A DNA stretch of 64,000 nt from Dromaius novaehollandiae (taxonomy: Eukaryota). Positions within the stretch are counted from its first letter, which is position 1. Every line of letters begins with the position of its first letter. Below are positions 1 through 12,282 of the stretch, piece after piece. Position numbers and translations under genes: made by a program. Under the pieces are notes generated by a model. The model was not told the origin of the DNA. It made no database searches and saw nothing but the letters and a program-made list of their open reading frames with translations. The DNA lies in the NCBI RefSeq assembly GCF_036370855.1, contig NC_088098.1, positions 199,991,336-200,055,335 of the forward strand. The letters run 5' to 3'.

Positions 1-334
1 ATAAGCTTCATTTTGGAATATTGCTTTAAGGTTACCTTTGATAAATGTGCCTCTACTCTTCAATACCTCTTTCTCCATTCAGACCACATTTAAAGACACT
101 CTTTGCTCCTAAGGTGTTCTCTCCTTTACAGTGTTCTGAAATTTTTCAGTCTCCCGCACAGATTGTGCAGTGGACCTTGCCTTTCTTTTATCTTTCTCAT
201 AAACTTTCCAATTTGTATTGTTCTCTTTGCCATCAGAAACAGTAGCCTTTTGAAGTATTTATGCCCCTCAAATATCTGCCTGATCTAAACATCCTCCTTT
301 CTTCCCCCCACCCCAATGCACTAACATTGCTTAC

Positions 335-1189
335 CTCCCCAGTTGAATCAGTTGACTTGCGCCCTCTTTCATCAGTGCCCAATTTTAAACCCTTCTGCAC
401 CGGTACAGGAACAGGTGACACTTTCTCCAAGTCTGCAGTAACTATTTTTACTTTTTCTTGACTTTTTTGCCTTTTGTGTATACTTTTCTTATCTAGATAG
501 GTATCCTTAGTCTCCACTTTTCTACCTTCGTCTTTATAATCTTCAGCTTTCTGAAGTTTTTTCTTCTTTCTTTTAACCTTAACTTCAATATTATCATCTT
601 CATTACTAGCTGATCCATCAAGATGCCTATCAGAAACAGAATCTTTTTCAGCAATTTCTTGTTCCAACCTCTCCTTTCCACTTTTTACCTTTTGCTTCTC
701 CTCCTTATTTTCAGAATATAAGTCTGAATTTTCATTATCAGCTCCCTGGGAAAATGCATCATCTAAAGCACTTGATTCTGAGTCAAACTGAAAGTCTCCA
801 TGCTTCTCCTTCCGTGATTTTTTATTTTCTTTAGAGTCCTCTTTAGATTTTATTTTTAAGTCTTTAGATTCTCCTTTCTTTTTCTTGACTTCCTTAGTAT
901 CTTCTTTCTTTTGCTTCTTTGGATCTTTAGAATCCTCCCTGGTTTCTGAAGTCCTTTTTTTTGGTTTTGAATCTGAAACCAAACTATCTGAAGAATTTTC
1001 ACGTTCTATTTTGGGTTTTTCTTTGAATTTTGCAGACTTAGACTTTTTCTTCCTCAGATCATCTGGGCTTCTATCCCCTCCATCTTTCGACTTTTTCTTT
1101 TTCTTCTTTGGTGAAACATCTTCTTTTGTTTCACTTTGCCAGTCACTGTCAGATTCTGCTTCAAACACATCATCATTTAGAGAAAGTTT
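335..1189 (-). CDS. MPHOSPH8: MPHOSPH8 coding exon 3 (Lys/Ser/Glu-rich linker region)
   Basis: Acceptor ttatag then KLSLNDDVFEAESDSDWQSETKEDVSPKKKKKK..., which matches recalled human MPP8 (RLSLNNDIFEANSDSDQQSETKEDTSPKKKKKK). Minus-strand donor GGGGAG|gtaagc at about 335. Length 855 nt, in frame with exon 2. The ORF 233-1168 runs on into the intron. Confidence 0.7.
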
Positions 1190-2091
1190 CTATAATGTAG
1201 GGGGGAAAAAACAGTAAGATTTCTTTCCCCATTAAGCTGTATAACTTAGGTATAAACTATACAAAAATGAAACCCAAGGAGAAGAAGAGTGCAGGCAGTG
1301 ATGGGAAAAATTGTACAATCTGTAAACATTACAATTTTACCTTACTTATCTAAATCATATTACTGCTTGAAACAGAATCAACACAAACAAGCTAAACCAA
1401 TCAGACACCCAGAGCCAGATCCTAGAACGGAACTAAATCTGACTCTCTTCTATATCAAAACCAATTAACCTGACTTTGCAAAAATGTATCTACAGCTTTC
1501 CCGGAAGCAGAGTACAAGCTTTCAAAAAAGATTCTTAATCATGATTTTGAAGCTAACTAAACAGTTAAAAAAAAAGATACATGTCTTATTCTTGCAATTA
1601 ATTTTTCTTCCTTTATTTCTGCCTCATCTGTTTCAAGGTTTAACAAGCAAAAACCCATCAATTTTCTTTGACATGAAGCAGGAAGGGGAAGTGAGCAAAG
1701 TGCCCAGCTTCAGTAACACAACAATGTGAGCATTGGCAGAGAAAGGGGGCTGCTTACACTGTCACTTTAAAATGGGACTATGTAAATAATACGCAGTCCT
1801 TTTAATTAGTGTTCCAACAGTGTATCATTTACATAGTCCCATTAAACACTGAAATAAAGGTGAGAGGGATTTAGAGTCTACAAGTGAACTCATCAATACA
1901 AACAAATTCCCTAAAAATATAACAGCAACAATGTTCAGCTTCACCTGAAGCACAAAACAGTTTGAGATGAAGAGATTCTTTAAATCTTCTTTAATTCCAT
2001 ATCCAACGCCTTTCCTTCTCCCTGCCCCCCCTTACTAGAGCCTAGATGTGGAAGATGTCTTCAATACACAATACTAAGAGGTGAAACACAC

Positions 2092-2247
2092 CTGTATGTC
2101 TTTTTTAACAGGTTTAGGCTTATTGTCCACAATTTTTTTTCTGAATTCAAGAAGCACTTCTTTGCAGTCTTCCAAATGAATCTCTGGTTCCCAGGTATCA
2201 TCGTCAGAGGTATACCCCTTCCATCGCACTTTGTAGAGAATTTTACC
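2092..2247 (-). CDS. MPHOSPH8: MPHOSPH8 coding exon 2 (chromodomain core)
   Basis: Acceptor ttttacag then GKILYKVRWKGYTSDDDTWEPEIHLEDCKEVLLEFRKKIVDNKPKPVKKDIQ, followed by donor CAG|gtgtgt. This is near-identical to the human MPP8 chromodomain (GKVLYKVRWKGYTSDDDTWEPEIHLEDCKEVLLEFRKKI). Confidence 0.9.
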
Positions 2248-3819
2248 CTGTAAAAACAACAACAACAACAAAATCATTTCATACATATAACAGAGCACAG
2301 TATTTGTCTGTCTGCTCATTCTTGTGGATCTCAGTGGATAAATCACTTATATATATGAGAATGAATTTTAATGGAAGTTCAACCTGCAGTTGACATATGA
2401 ATTGCTTCAATTATTTCCATCAACATCATGTACTGAACTAAAGAGGTGTTAAAACACTTCAGAAGCCGGAGTGCTTTTATCCAAAACGTGCAACATCTAA
2501 AATTTCTTCAGAAAAGCAGCAAAATGCACAGATCATATAATCCCAGTTATTTTACCAAAACAGATTTTCTGACAGCTACAAAACTAAACACTAATATATT
2601 TTTAACATTACAGCTATAAAAATGTCAAGATTGAATTGCTTCTTTTTGCTGAAAAAGCTATGCAAAACCTTAAGATCAATAATGAAGTAACATCATTCAC
2701 TTGATTTTATATTGGAATTTACAACTTATGCCAGATTTGTAGTCAATGTAGCTCCTGAAAAAATCAGAAAAATAACAGAGTCTTTCAATTCAATCTAGAT
2801 GAAACCCGAGTTTTTGTTTCAACAGAGTTGCTCTTGATGATTTCAGTAACGATTACATACCGTAGCCCTAGGCCAGTTGTTTCAATGGTATTTAACCTCA
2901 CTATAGGAAAAATATGTAACTTTTAGTTGTATCTCGTAAGTTTTTTCACTAGTTTAAAAAGGGTTTTACCATTAAAAAACAAAAGAAAACAAAACCCAAA
3001 ACTTTCCACCAAATCACCTCTTGCCCTTCTCCCAAATAAATTAAGTAGTCTGAATTCTTAAGTCTCTCGACACAGACTCTTTTTCCTGCTGAGAGGCAAT
3101 TCTTACCAGCTTGGACTCGGCATAATGTTAACATAGCCAGACAAGTGGCAACTCACAGCCTTCTGAACCAAGCTGGACTGAAAAGCACAGGCATGTCCTA
3201 CAAAATCAGTGTGGTCATCCTTATTGATTAAACCTGCAGGTATGACAAAAACCAGTACCAAAGTTAACAAAACCCACTTTCCATATAAACACATACTGAA
3301 TACCAGGCAGCGTAACCCTTTCTTATTTTTTGAAAGGAAGTCTATACTCAGCAAACGTACTAAGCAAAGCACCTTTGGAGAGGCAAAACAGCAGTATTTC
3401 TTTCTTTCGGAAACAGATTGAAATGCTCCCGAAGATCCTATGCTGTTAATCAAGCTTGGCGAAGGGAATCTTCAGAAACACTGCCATTTAACATTTACTA
3501 TTAAATGTATTTCCACAATTTTACATTTTTGCCAGAGCACCACTAACCATTTTCCAAGGTCATATATATGCTACTCAACTTCAGTAAGCAAAACTGATTA
3601 TAATCTTTATCAGTATTTTGCTTCACAGCCACATAAATAATTAGCCTATATTCAAACACAGCAGTATACTTCCCCTCTTGCAATTTAGCTTAACCATCAA
3701 CTTCTGATTCAGGAATGTGTTTTCAAAACCACATTCATTTGTCTCCCTTTCTTTCTTTTCATGGGGTCCCTCATCAAATAAGCAACTAGCATCCCTTTTA
3801 CTACAATCGCAGAACAATT

Positions 3820-4400
3820 TCAGTTGCAAGGGATCTCTGGAAGTCAACAAGTACAATCCACTGCTCAAAGCAGGTCCAACTGCATTAGGCTGCTCAGCAA
3901 TTTGCCCAGGCAAGTTTTAAGGATCTCCAAGGATGGACACTGCACAGCTCCTCCAGACCACCCTTACAGCAAGAAATCTCTTCTTTTATCTAATCAGATT
4001 TCCCTATGTTCCAGCTTGTGTCTGCTGTCTCTTACTCTTTCAGTGTGCACCCCTGAGAAGGGTCTGACTCCGTCTGCTCTACACCCTCCCACTGAGCAGG
4101 GTAGGCAGTGCTACGATCAGCCCTCAGCCTCCTCTTCTTAAGGCAAACAAACCCAGCTCTCTCAACCCCTCCTTGTATGTCTTCGGCTCTAGCTTCCTTA
4201 TCACCTCCATGGCCCTTTGCTGGACTCACTCCAGTAGGTCCATACCTTGTCCTGGAGAGACCAAAACTGGACGCAGCACTCCAGACACTGTCTCACTAGT
4301 GCTAAGCAGAGGAGAAAAAACATTTCCCTTGATCTGCTAGCTACACTCTTGGATGTGGCTGAAAAACATCTCTGCTGCAAGAACTGCTGACTCGTGTTAA
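3820..4400. repeat. avian interspersed-repeat fragment (family not assigned)
   Basis: The segment ...ctggacgcagcactccagacactgtctcactagtgctaagcagaggagaa...cttgatctgctagctacactcttgg resembles a very abundant avian repeat that I recall as ggacgcagcactccagatgtggtctcaccagtgctgagtagagggg...cctgctggccacactctt. It lies in MPHOSPH8 intron 2. The spurious ORFs at 3824-4299 fall inside it. Confidence 0.45.
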
Positions 4401-6159
4401 ACTAGCTTGTTCTTGGGGAACTAAACATGTTCATTGGAATGTAAATATAAGTCTTTAAGTTTACATTATGTTTAAGAAACCAAAGTGAGACTAGTCAGCT
4501 GTTGAATAACTCTGTGTTCAGTACATACTTGAATAATACAAAATTGCAGCTTGTCAAAGTGAATTAAATGAAGACAAGAGATTGATGTTCATCGTACTAA
4601 AGATGCAGAGATTTGCACTCATCTAACAGAATTATTTTACTTGTATTATTTGTTCTGCTACTTATGAATAATGGAATATTTTAAAACGTTTTTATACTGC
4701 TGTAGTTTCTGCAGGAGCTAGTCATGGACCAAAACCAACTCCTATGGTATGGGATATCACCATGTAATTAAAGAGCAAAATTAAGATAACCTGCTTATAG
4801 GTTACGCCACAATTTGTCTTGGAGCCTGGTATTTTAGAAGAATTTTTGAACAGCAGAAGCAGCTTTCTAGGTATACAAAAGAGAAACATTCCCAAGCTTT
4901 GGTTGACAACTGTCTTAAGTAGGACACCTCAACATTTCACTTATCAGTGGGTCTGACTCCCCAGCCCCATCCCATTCTGGGAGTGCTGCCTCTCTCCACC
5001 AGCTCCAGCAGTGTCAGGGACAGGGAGTGACAAGAGCTTCTCCTGGCAGCACTCGACTGGCCATACACTGAGCTAGCCCCTGTCCAGCACAGCCAACCTG
5101 CTCAGGCCACAAATTGTGCTTGGGAACCTCTTGTCGAACGCGAACTACATTAAATATACGCCACTGAATAAAATGTACAGCTTTTTTTTCAGTTCTGTAT
5201 ACCCAACAGAATACAGCTCAGAACCTGCCACAGAATAAGCTGTTTAGAAGAAGAAGGAGGCAGAAAAAAAGGCGGTGGGAGATGCCTTTCAGTCAGCACA
5301 TACATTTTTTTTTTTTAAAAAAAGGAGAGACTGTACTCCACATACACTGATGTTCTTCAGAAGCGTGTGGAGGGGTATGACTCTCCAATACGTAAGTTTT
5401 ACATCCCACCCTTGTAATGGAAGGGTGCTCTTACATTTAAGCCTCACTTACTATTTAGACCAATGACTCTCATAGGCAAAACTACAAATATCTCTGAAGC
5501 ATAACATTCTTAAGAAATCAAGACACAATCTAACTGTGGCAGCATCATGAACATATAAAAAAAATTCTTGGTCCAAAGGTTCTCTCACCTAAGATTTTCA
5601 AAATCTTGATACACTAAGCAGGCACACTTCTATACCACCACGTGTTTGACCAAAGCCTAAAGTCAAACTTATAAATTAGTTAAAATAAACAACTTGCAAA
5701 CACAAAATCATTTTAAAAAGTTGTGTTCATTATTTTTTGCTTTTGAAATTTATGAAGTTTTAGAAACATTTCAACCAATTCAGGCTGCTTTCAAAGAAGA
5801 AATATATGATCTTTCTCTCTAAACAAAGAAAAGGGCACTACAGTTAGTTATTTTAATTGAAAAGAGTCCCTCTATTTAAAAGGCTTTCGCACATTTTACA
5901 TGGCAGTAGTGTTTCTCAGTAAATATACTCTGAAACTACTTGAAGTTCTCCATTATATTCAGTCCTGCACATTTTGGCACTCTTAAGTTCACACTGAAAC
6001 GCAATCATAGGTCAGGCAGAAGAGTAGAGTAACTAAACATGGCAGGGAAAAAAAATAAGGAAAAATATTCCAGATATATCTTACATCAACTTAAAAAAAA
6101 AAAAAAAAGTAGAACAGCTTCCCTGCAAAGCTACTACTGTTTTAAACTGCAATTATAGT

Positions 6160-7260
6160 GGAACTACAGTTTTTGTGCGTTTCTCGTGCAAGTAAAGAAA
6201 AGATGGGCAAGAAAAGCTGCATGAAACACCAGTCTCTACCTGTGCAGTCTGCAAAGCCTGCGTGCAGAGAAAGCGAGGGAGGGCACCACGCGACCAAGCC
6301 CACCCAGGCCGCCCCGCTGCCAGCGCCGGCGGCCGCCCCTGGTCGCCTGCACCTTCCCGGGCGCAGCGGGAGCCCGGCCGCCGGGGAGCCGCCGGCCCCG
6401 CCGGGGGAAGGGGCGGCCAAGCTGCGCGCCAGCCCGCCGGAGCACCGGGCGCCGCCGCCCGCGCGGGCCCCGCCGGAGGGCGGCCGCTGACAGGCGGCGG
6501 CGGCGCCGCGCACTCACCCCCTCGGTCTTCACGTCCAGGATCTTCTCCACCTCGAACACGTCCTCCTCCTCCTCCTCCTCCTCGCTCTCGCCGCCGCCGC
6601 CCTCCCCGCCGGCCGCCGCCCCCGCCGCCTTGCCAGACCCGCCGCCGCCGTCTTCCTCCTCGTCTTCCTCGTCCTCGGCCGCGGCCGCCGTCTCCTCCTC
6701 TTCCGCCGCCCCCTCCAGCCTGGCCGCCGCCGCCTCAGCACCGCTCCCAGCCGCCGCCGCCATCTTGGGCCGAATTTCAAACGACAACGGGGAAAAGCGG
6801 CTGCGACATCCACCGCCGGGCGAGGAGGCGGCGGGGCGGCCGCCGCGGCCAATCGGCGCCCCGCCAGCGCGTGACGCACGAGGCGGGGCCCAAGCCTAGA
6901 GGCCTCCGTGCCCTCAGCGTGGCAGCCGCCCGCAGCGAATGAGCGGCGCTCGCGGCGGGAGGCCGCCGGGGGCTGCGGCGGGGCCGTGACAGGAGCTGGC
7001 GGCTGCGCCGGCATGGCCGGGTTGTTCCCGCCGCTGCGCTGGCCTGGGGCGGCCGTGTCTCCAGCGGGGCCCCGCGCCGCGGCTCCGGGAGGGCCTGGGG
7101 CGGCCTTCCTGGCTGCGAGCTGGCGGTGGCGGGCGGCCCGAAGCGGCGGGGCTCTGTGCTCGCGGCGGCGCTCCTTGCGCAGCAGGCTCTGAGCGGGGTT
7201 CCCTCTGGGGCCAGATACCCCATCCTGGCTGCGGCCCTTCCCCAGAGAAAGGAGGGCAGT
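6160..7260. promoter_or_regulatory. MPHOSPH8: CpG island / MPHOSPH8 promoter and 5'UTR region
   Basis: There is an abrupt shift to more than 70% GC with dense CpG and GCC/GGC repeats. It surrounds the MPHOSPH8 first exon. The long Arg/Pro/Ala-rich ORFs on both strands here are GC-composition artefacts. Confidence 0.75.
6518..6763 (-). CDS. MPHOSPH8: MPHOSPH8 coding exon 1 (ATG, poly-Ala/Glu/Gly low-complexity N-terminus, start of chromodomain)
   Basis: ATG is the reverse complement of cat at 6761-6763. The exon reads MAAAAGSGAEAAAARLEGAAEEEETAAAAEDEEDEEEDGGGGSGKAAGAAAGGEGGGGESEEEEEEEDVFEVEKILDVKTEG. Donor is ACCGAGGGG|gtgagt at 6518. It splices in frame to exon 2, giving VEKILDVKTEGGKILYKVRW. 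The upstream 'M' at 6787 in the ORF track is a TTG codon. Confidence 0.8.
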
Positions 7261-8913
7261 TACCCTAACTAGGGGTGCTGAAAGGAGGTTTTCGTATTCA
7301 TGGTATTCACCTTTCTGCGTGGAGATGAAGTGCCCAGATGAGATTGCCTTGCCCAAATAAAAAGTCAGGAGGTGCTCGATTATCCAGGTACAAAGATGAT
7401 GCTTCAGCCCCAGATGCATGAGGTTTTGGGGAAATGCACAAAAAGATATATATAACACCTCAGGAAGAGCTAGATGGTCCCACTGGGGAACAGGGTTTCT
7501 CACTAGGAAAACAACAAAAAAACCCTTTAAATGCTATACTGTTTTGCATCTTAAAATAATTGCCCATAAGCAAGCACACCTGTTTTTATGTAACACACAA
7601 GGGTGAAAGAAAAAAAAAACCCTTTTTTGTGAGAGAAAGCGAAGAAACTCCATCCTACTTGCTTGTTTAACTGCCTTTCCTAGTGCCGGAGTGTTCACCT
7701 ATCCCAGAAACAGTTTATCACAGAATGCACATCACTTAAATGAAAGTCAGGCTTTAGCATGAATGTATACACTGTAAAAGTGCCTGTACAAGATGCATCA
7801 TTACAACAGTGGAAATACAAGGTGTTACTATTTAAGTAATTAACTGCAATGAAGGAAAAAAAATTAATCCTTTATTCATATTTTTGCCAATGATCCCTTT
7901 CTAAGATGACTCCATCATCAATTGACCAAATATTTAGCAGCAGATTTAGAAGTTGTTTATAATTGTTTAAGTTAAGGGGTCTTTCTAGACTTTATGACAC
8001 CATATGACACACATTTTTTTCTTTTCAGATAAAATGCAGCATAACTCTTTCCTTTGTATTATTTACTAAAAAGAGCGAGAATCTTACAGATGTGAAAACA
8101 AGGATTCATAGCATCTTAGAATAGAGGATCTCAAGACATCTTCTTAACAACTGCCTGCACTTCACAGGATGAAGTTAATCTGCTCCACCAGTGGCAGATC
8201 CTTGCTTAGCTTCTCATGAAAACACCTATGAAGGAGACTGCACAGTTTGTTTCTCTATTATTGCCAGAACACACTTTATGTTTCCTAGGGCATGGTAACA
8301 TGCTACCTATGGTGGCTGTTGAATCTGCTGCTTCTGAGTATTTTCAAGACATTTTCAAGACAAACAACAGAAGAGTATGCTCTGTACACACTTGATCCAG
8401 CCTCAGCGCATGCAATTGTACCAAGTCCCTAGCTAAAGTTCCTCAGACCACAAAGTACCAGGCTGTGATTCTGCACAACTGCTTGATGTAGAAGTAGTAA
8501 TGTGTTCATTTAAACACCTCTGAAAAGTACCTTAAATTAAGATAAATCATGTGTACTCTGGTTTTGTTACCAGGCTTCAGTGTTTGGTCTGGTTTGAAAT
8601 AACATTAGTCAGCTTTTTCACAGGATAAAATCAGAATACTGAGTAACAGCAGAATAAAAAGGGTCTCCATTCATTCTCAAAAAACTGACCTATATATTCA
8701 CAAATTGACCTATGACTGATAAGAAAAGCGGTGCAGGAGAAAAGTAACTGTACTGCTATTTGTATTTCAAGGCATCCTGAAGGAGTTACAAAACTACCCA
8801 ATTGAAAACTCTGATATGTTACAATATTTATTAGTTCTTCCTTAAACACATTCTAATATCTGTCAAAACATACACTGCAGTATTTTTTAATTGAGTTGGT
8901 ATCACGTTACACT

Positions 8914-8919
8914 TTATTT
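8914..8919 (-). terminator. PARP4: candidate PARP4 polyadenylation signal (AATAAA on minus strand)
   Basis: Plus-strand tttatt lies about 385 nt downstream of the PARP4 stop codon. The exact 3' end was not determined. Confidence 0.3.
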
Positions 8920-9303
8920 ACACAGTACCATTAATAAAGTATATGAATTTGAAAGAAATCGAGACATCAAAGACATTATTAAAGCACTAATAATGTGCAA
9001 TGAACCAGAGAGATGTCAAATAATTAATTACTTAAGGTATTTAACAGAGTTACGCCTTACCTTACAGGTAAGTTTATGCCTAGTAAAATACTACATATGT
9101 AAAATTAAGACTTATTAGAAAATCCCGTATCTCCATGCCTTTAATTGAAGCCTATCACTATGAAAACTATTATTCAAGAATAATAGAGGATCAAATGTCC
9201 TAATTTAAAACATTTTACATAAAATTGCAAGGAAAGCTAACTCGGCTGTTATCTTAAAGAATTACGATGTGATTACATATTTTAATTAGAAAGAGAATTG
9301 ATG

Positions 9304-9454
9304 CTAGTTAAACTTGATACCCAGTATCTTCCTGGTGGCAGAATCCCAGTCCTTGCCAAGTTCAAGTCGATAGCAAATAGCTGGAAATCGTCTCTCAACT
9401 CTTCTTACCCACTCTACTGCTTTCTTGATCAACTCAAAAGCCCAATGAACAGTG
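9304..9454 (-). CDS. PARP4: PARP4 last coding exon (C-terminus and stop)
   Basis: Acceptor ccccacag then (S)TVHWAFELIKKAVEWVRRVERRFPAICYRLELGKDWDSATRKILGIKFN, ending in TAG. It matches recalled human PARP4 (NIPWAFEAIKQASEWVRRTEGQYPSICPRLELGNDWDSATKQLLGL). Phase-2 entry is consistent with the exon at 10905-11037. Confidence 0.8.
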
Positions 9455-10449
9455 CTGTGGGGACAAATAAAGCTTTATTATAATAAAATCTTGTAAATCC
9501 TGAAAAGAAGCAAGAAGAAAACATTTTCTTCTAACTATAATCATTTGAAAGAGAAAATTACCTATAGCACAATGACCCAACCTGTATACAGTATCATCTA
9601 ATACAGAAAAATGCATCATCTGTGTCCCCCCCAAGATCTTTTCAGAAACTTCCACATGGACAGTATGTAGACTCATAATCATCACTTGCACTCATTCACA
9701 TTACTACAATCACCTCAGTGAAGCAAAACTGATCTGTACGATGTACTTACAAAGACAAACTTGACTCCTCAGTACATTCACATATTTCAGAATTCTTTCA
9801 CTCTTTTGGTCTACTCAGTCTGCTTTCATCCAGCAGTCAATTTGACTTTATTTTTATTCCTGATTGGAGTAGCCAATGTTATAAAACAAACCAATTTATC
9901 CCTCTGTCAAGGAATTTCAAGAGACGGAGGAAGACTTTGCAGGGTTCTCCTGGCAGCTACTTTTTCCTGTCCTTATATGCCCTATAAGCATGAAGGGTGT
10001 AAGCTCCCCTACTTGGCACAGAGTCTGTTGGTAGCTGGGACAAGCTGGATTTACTGGAGACCTAACCCTTCATGCCTGCTCTTAGACCTTTGTCTTCCCT
10101 CTATATCAAAAAAGTTTCCAAGCTGACAATTGTTCACCACACTACAAAAGAAAGGGAATTTCCAGATGCACTGGGACATACTGAAATGAGGGGCCCTTGT
10201 CAGAGTGAGCCAGCATTAGCATCCCCTGGGGCTAGTAGAAAGAGCGGAAGCTGTACTGTGAAGAATCATCTGCCCTAGTAATTTCAAAAGTCTTGTCTAG
10301 AATATTTCATGGTCTATGTTTGTGAACAACATCAAGCCACAAATATAATGCTAAAAATATTCATATTCCAAAGACTACAAAGGGTAAGGGCCAACAGACT
10401 CAAGTTACATTAAGGAAAAGTCTGATAGATTTTTTTTTTTTTAATCCTA

Positions 10450-10650
10450 ATTTCCAAAATGAGTGTGGTTAAACACTGGCACAAGTTGCCCAGAAAAGTA
10501 GTGGAATCTCCATCCTTAAAAATATCCTATACTCAACTGCGCAAGATCCTGAGCAACCTTTCTAACATCAAAGTTGGCCCTGCTTTAAGCAAGGGGTTTG
10601 GAAAAGATGACTTCCAGAGGTTGCTTCCAACTCAGATTATTCAATGACTC
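10450..10650 (+). mobile_element. CR1 LINE 3'-terminal fragment (ORF2 C-terminus)
   Basis: ORF 10459-10647 reads VVKHWHKLPRKVVESPSLKISYTQLRKILSNLSNIKVGPALSKGFGKDDFQRLLPTQIIQ. This matches the conserved CR1 ORF2 C-terminal peptide (TEHWNRLPREVVESPSLEIFKTRLD..LSNL) and the DNA motif ggttggactagatgatctccagaggtcccttccaac. It is antisense to PARP4, within an intron. Confidence 0.75.
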
Positions 10651-10904
10651 TAGTAAGAGATATAAATATCTTTTATTATTACAATACATTGTTTGTATAT
10701 TTATCAATTTTTGTATCACATTTTGCAAAGTATTCCCTCCTTCATGCATCCTCTAAAGCCATATACCACCAATATCGTTAATCTTTTCCATTCCCTTTTC
10801 TAAGCGATATGCAGTAGCATAGTCATTCATTTTCCATAATAAAATTGATGTTGAAAGAGTTTACATTAGTACACTAAATTACGAGACTGTATTTAAAGGC
10901 ACAC

Positions 10905-11037
10905 CTTGAAGTTGATAAATCATCCAGTTTCATCAGTGATTTGAAGACTATCCCTTTCAGTTGCTGTGTGCAGCGTATGAACTGTAGCACAAGAAGAGTA
11001 GCAATCAACTGCAGTATCTTTTCTTTTCCATTTTTAC
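10905..11037 (-). CDS. PARP4: PARP4 coding exon (C-terminal MVP-interaction region)
   Basis: Acceptor ttccttag then (G)KNGKEKILQLIATLLVLQFIRCTQQLKGIVFKSLMKLDDLSTS, followed by donor AG|gtgtgc. Human has GRECLLDLIATMLVLQFIRTRLEKEGIVFKSLMKMDDPSIS. Confidence 0.7.
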
Positions 11038-12246
11038 CTAAGGAACAAGAGAAGGGAAGTAGTATTCCTATTTAAAGATCTCTTGTCATCAGAAAAAGTA
11101 CTTTCTGCAAAGAACTCTATAACACTTTAAAACAGTAATTGTCCTGATGCTGTTTAATTGTTTCACTATACAATCAGCACTATCAACAGTATTCATGTTA
11201 GTGATTTGACAAACATGCTCTTGGCTTTCAAACTTTAATTTGGTAATGCTTTTGGGGGATTTCTGCAGTTTGTGTTTGCTTTAGTTGTAATCTCATTTGA
11301 TTTTAATGCATACAATAGGGGGAAACTTGCATGATTTTTGTATTTTGGTGAAGCATTGCATCCTCTAATAACTCTGAAAAGTGTTTTTTTTTGTTTTGTT
11401 TTTTTAAAAGTTTCCTGTCTGCTGACAGCAAAGAGCAACAACTGACAGAATGAAACAGCAGAGCAGACAAAGTGTGTATAAGCAGAATGTATACTGCATG
11501 CTGGAGAGAGTGTGGGGGGAAAGAATTATATAAATGTTATTCATATTATTTGAAGTGTGAAAAGCAGAAGCCGTCTCAGTCTCTCTCCCAGGAGAGACTT
11601 TCTTCCTTTTTCCCCCCAATTAGACGTTAATACTTTAATATAGCAGATACAATAACGGAGATAAAAGAACCTCTGCTGCTATGCCAGTTATTTCACATCC
11701 TCCCCATATTCCTACAGGTGATGCCCTCAGCAATCAGGACACTACCTTGTCAGAGAAGTTGAGAAGAAATTGTATTATTAAAATCAGACCCTTGTGGAAC
11801 AAATTAAGTTAAGAGATCCATTTAAATTCTGGGCATACCTTAATGAAAGTTCTACTAGACATACAGAGTAATTACATTTAAAAATATGAAATATGATGCA
11901 ATTTACTGATTTTTAATGAGAGAAAATTATTTACCAAGTGACTGAATGCCTTTTCCAATAAGGAAATCATTAATTAAATAATCAACGTCAAATTTTAAGA
12001 TTTTTCCCAACTGTGGACTGAGATTCCAAGAGCCGTCCTGTGGAATAAGCAAAGATATGGATAAGCCTAAGATTCAAGACACTGAAAATAAATTTGATAA
12101 GAACAAAGTAACACACAGGAAAATCACTTAAAAATAATCAAAAAGGTTACAAAAACTCTCAAGCTGAAATGCACATGATCAACTTAGGTGCTTCAAATAT
12201 TAAACTTTAAAAGCATTTGATATATCATCAAATGTCTGCAACTGAC

Positions 12247-12282
12247 CTGGGTTGTTATAGCTAGCCTGTCTTGTAAAGAACA
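12247..12282 (-). CDS. PARP4: candidate PARP4 36-nt micro-exon
   Basis: Strong acceptor ctttgttgttgcttaag|TG and strong donor CAG|gtcagt. Phase 1 in and out joins (x)FFTRQASYNNP(G) to KNGKEK, which aligns with human SFLKQKGIQSLGVKG. One further upstream exon is still missing. Confidence 0.3.

Noticed and set aside
6142-7503. Long ORFs (up to 324 aa, Arg/Pro/Ala/Gly-rich) on both strands across the MPHOSPH8 CpG island
   Set aside because: They sit in more than 70% GC sequence, which lacks stop codons by chance, and overlap each other in all frames. The only frame with homology is the MPHOSPH8 exon 1 frame at 6518-6763. The others are antisense or out of frame.
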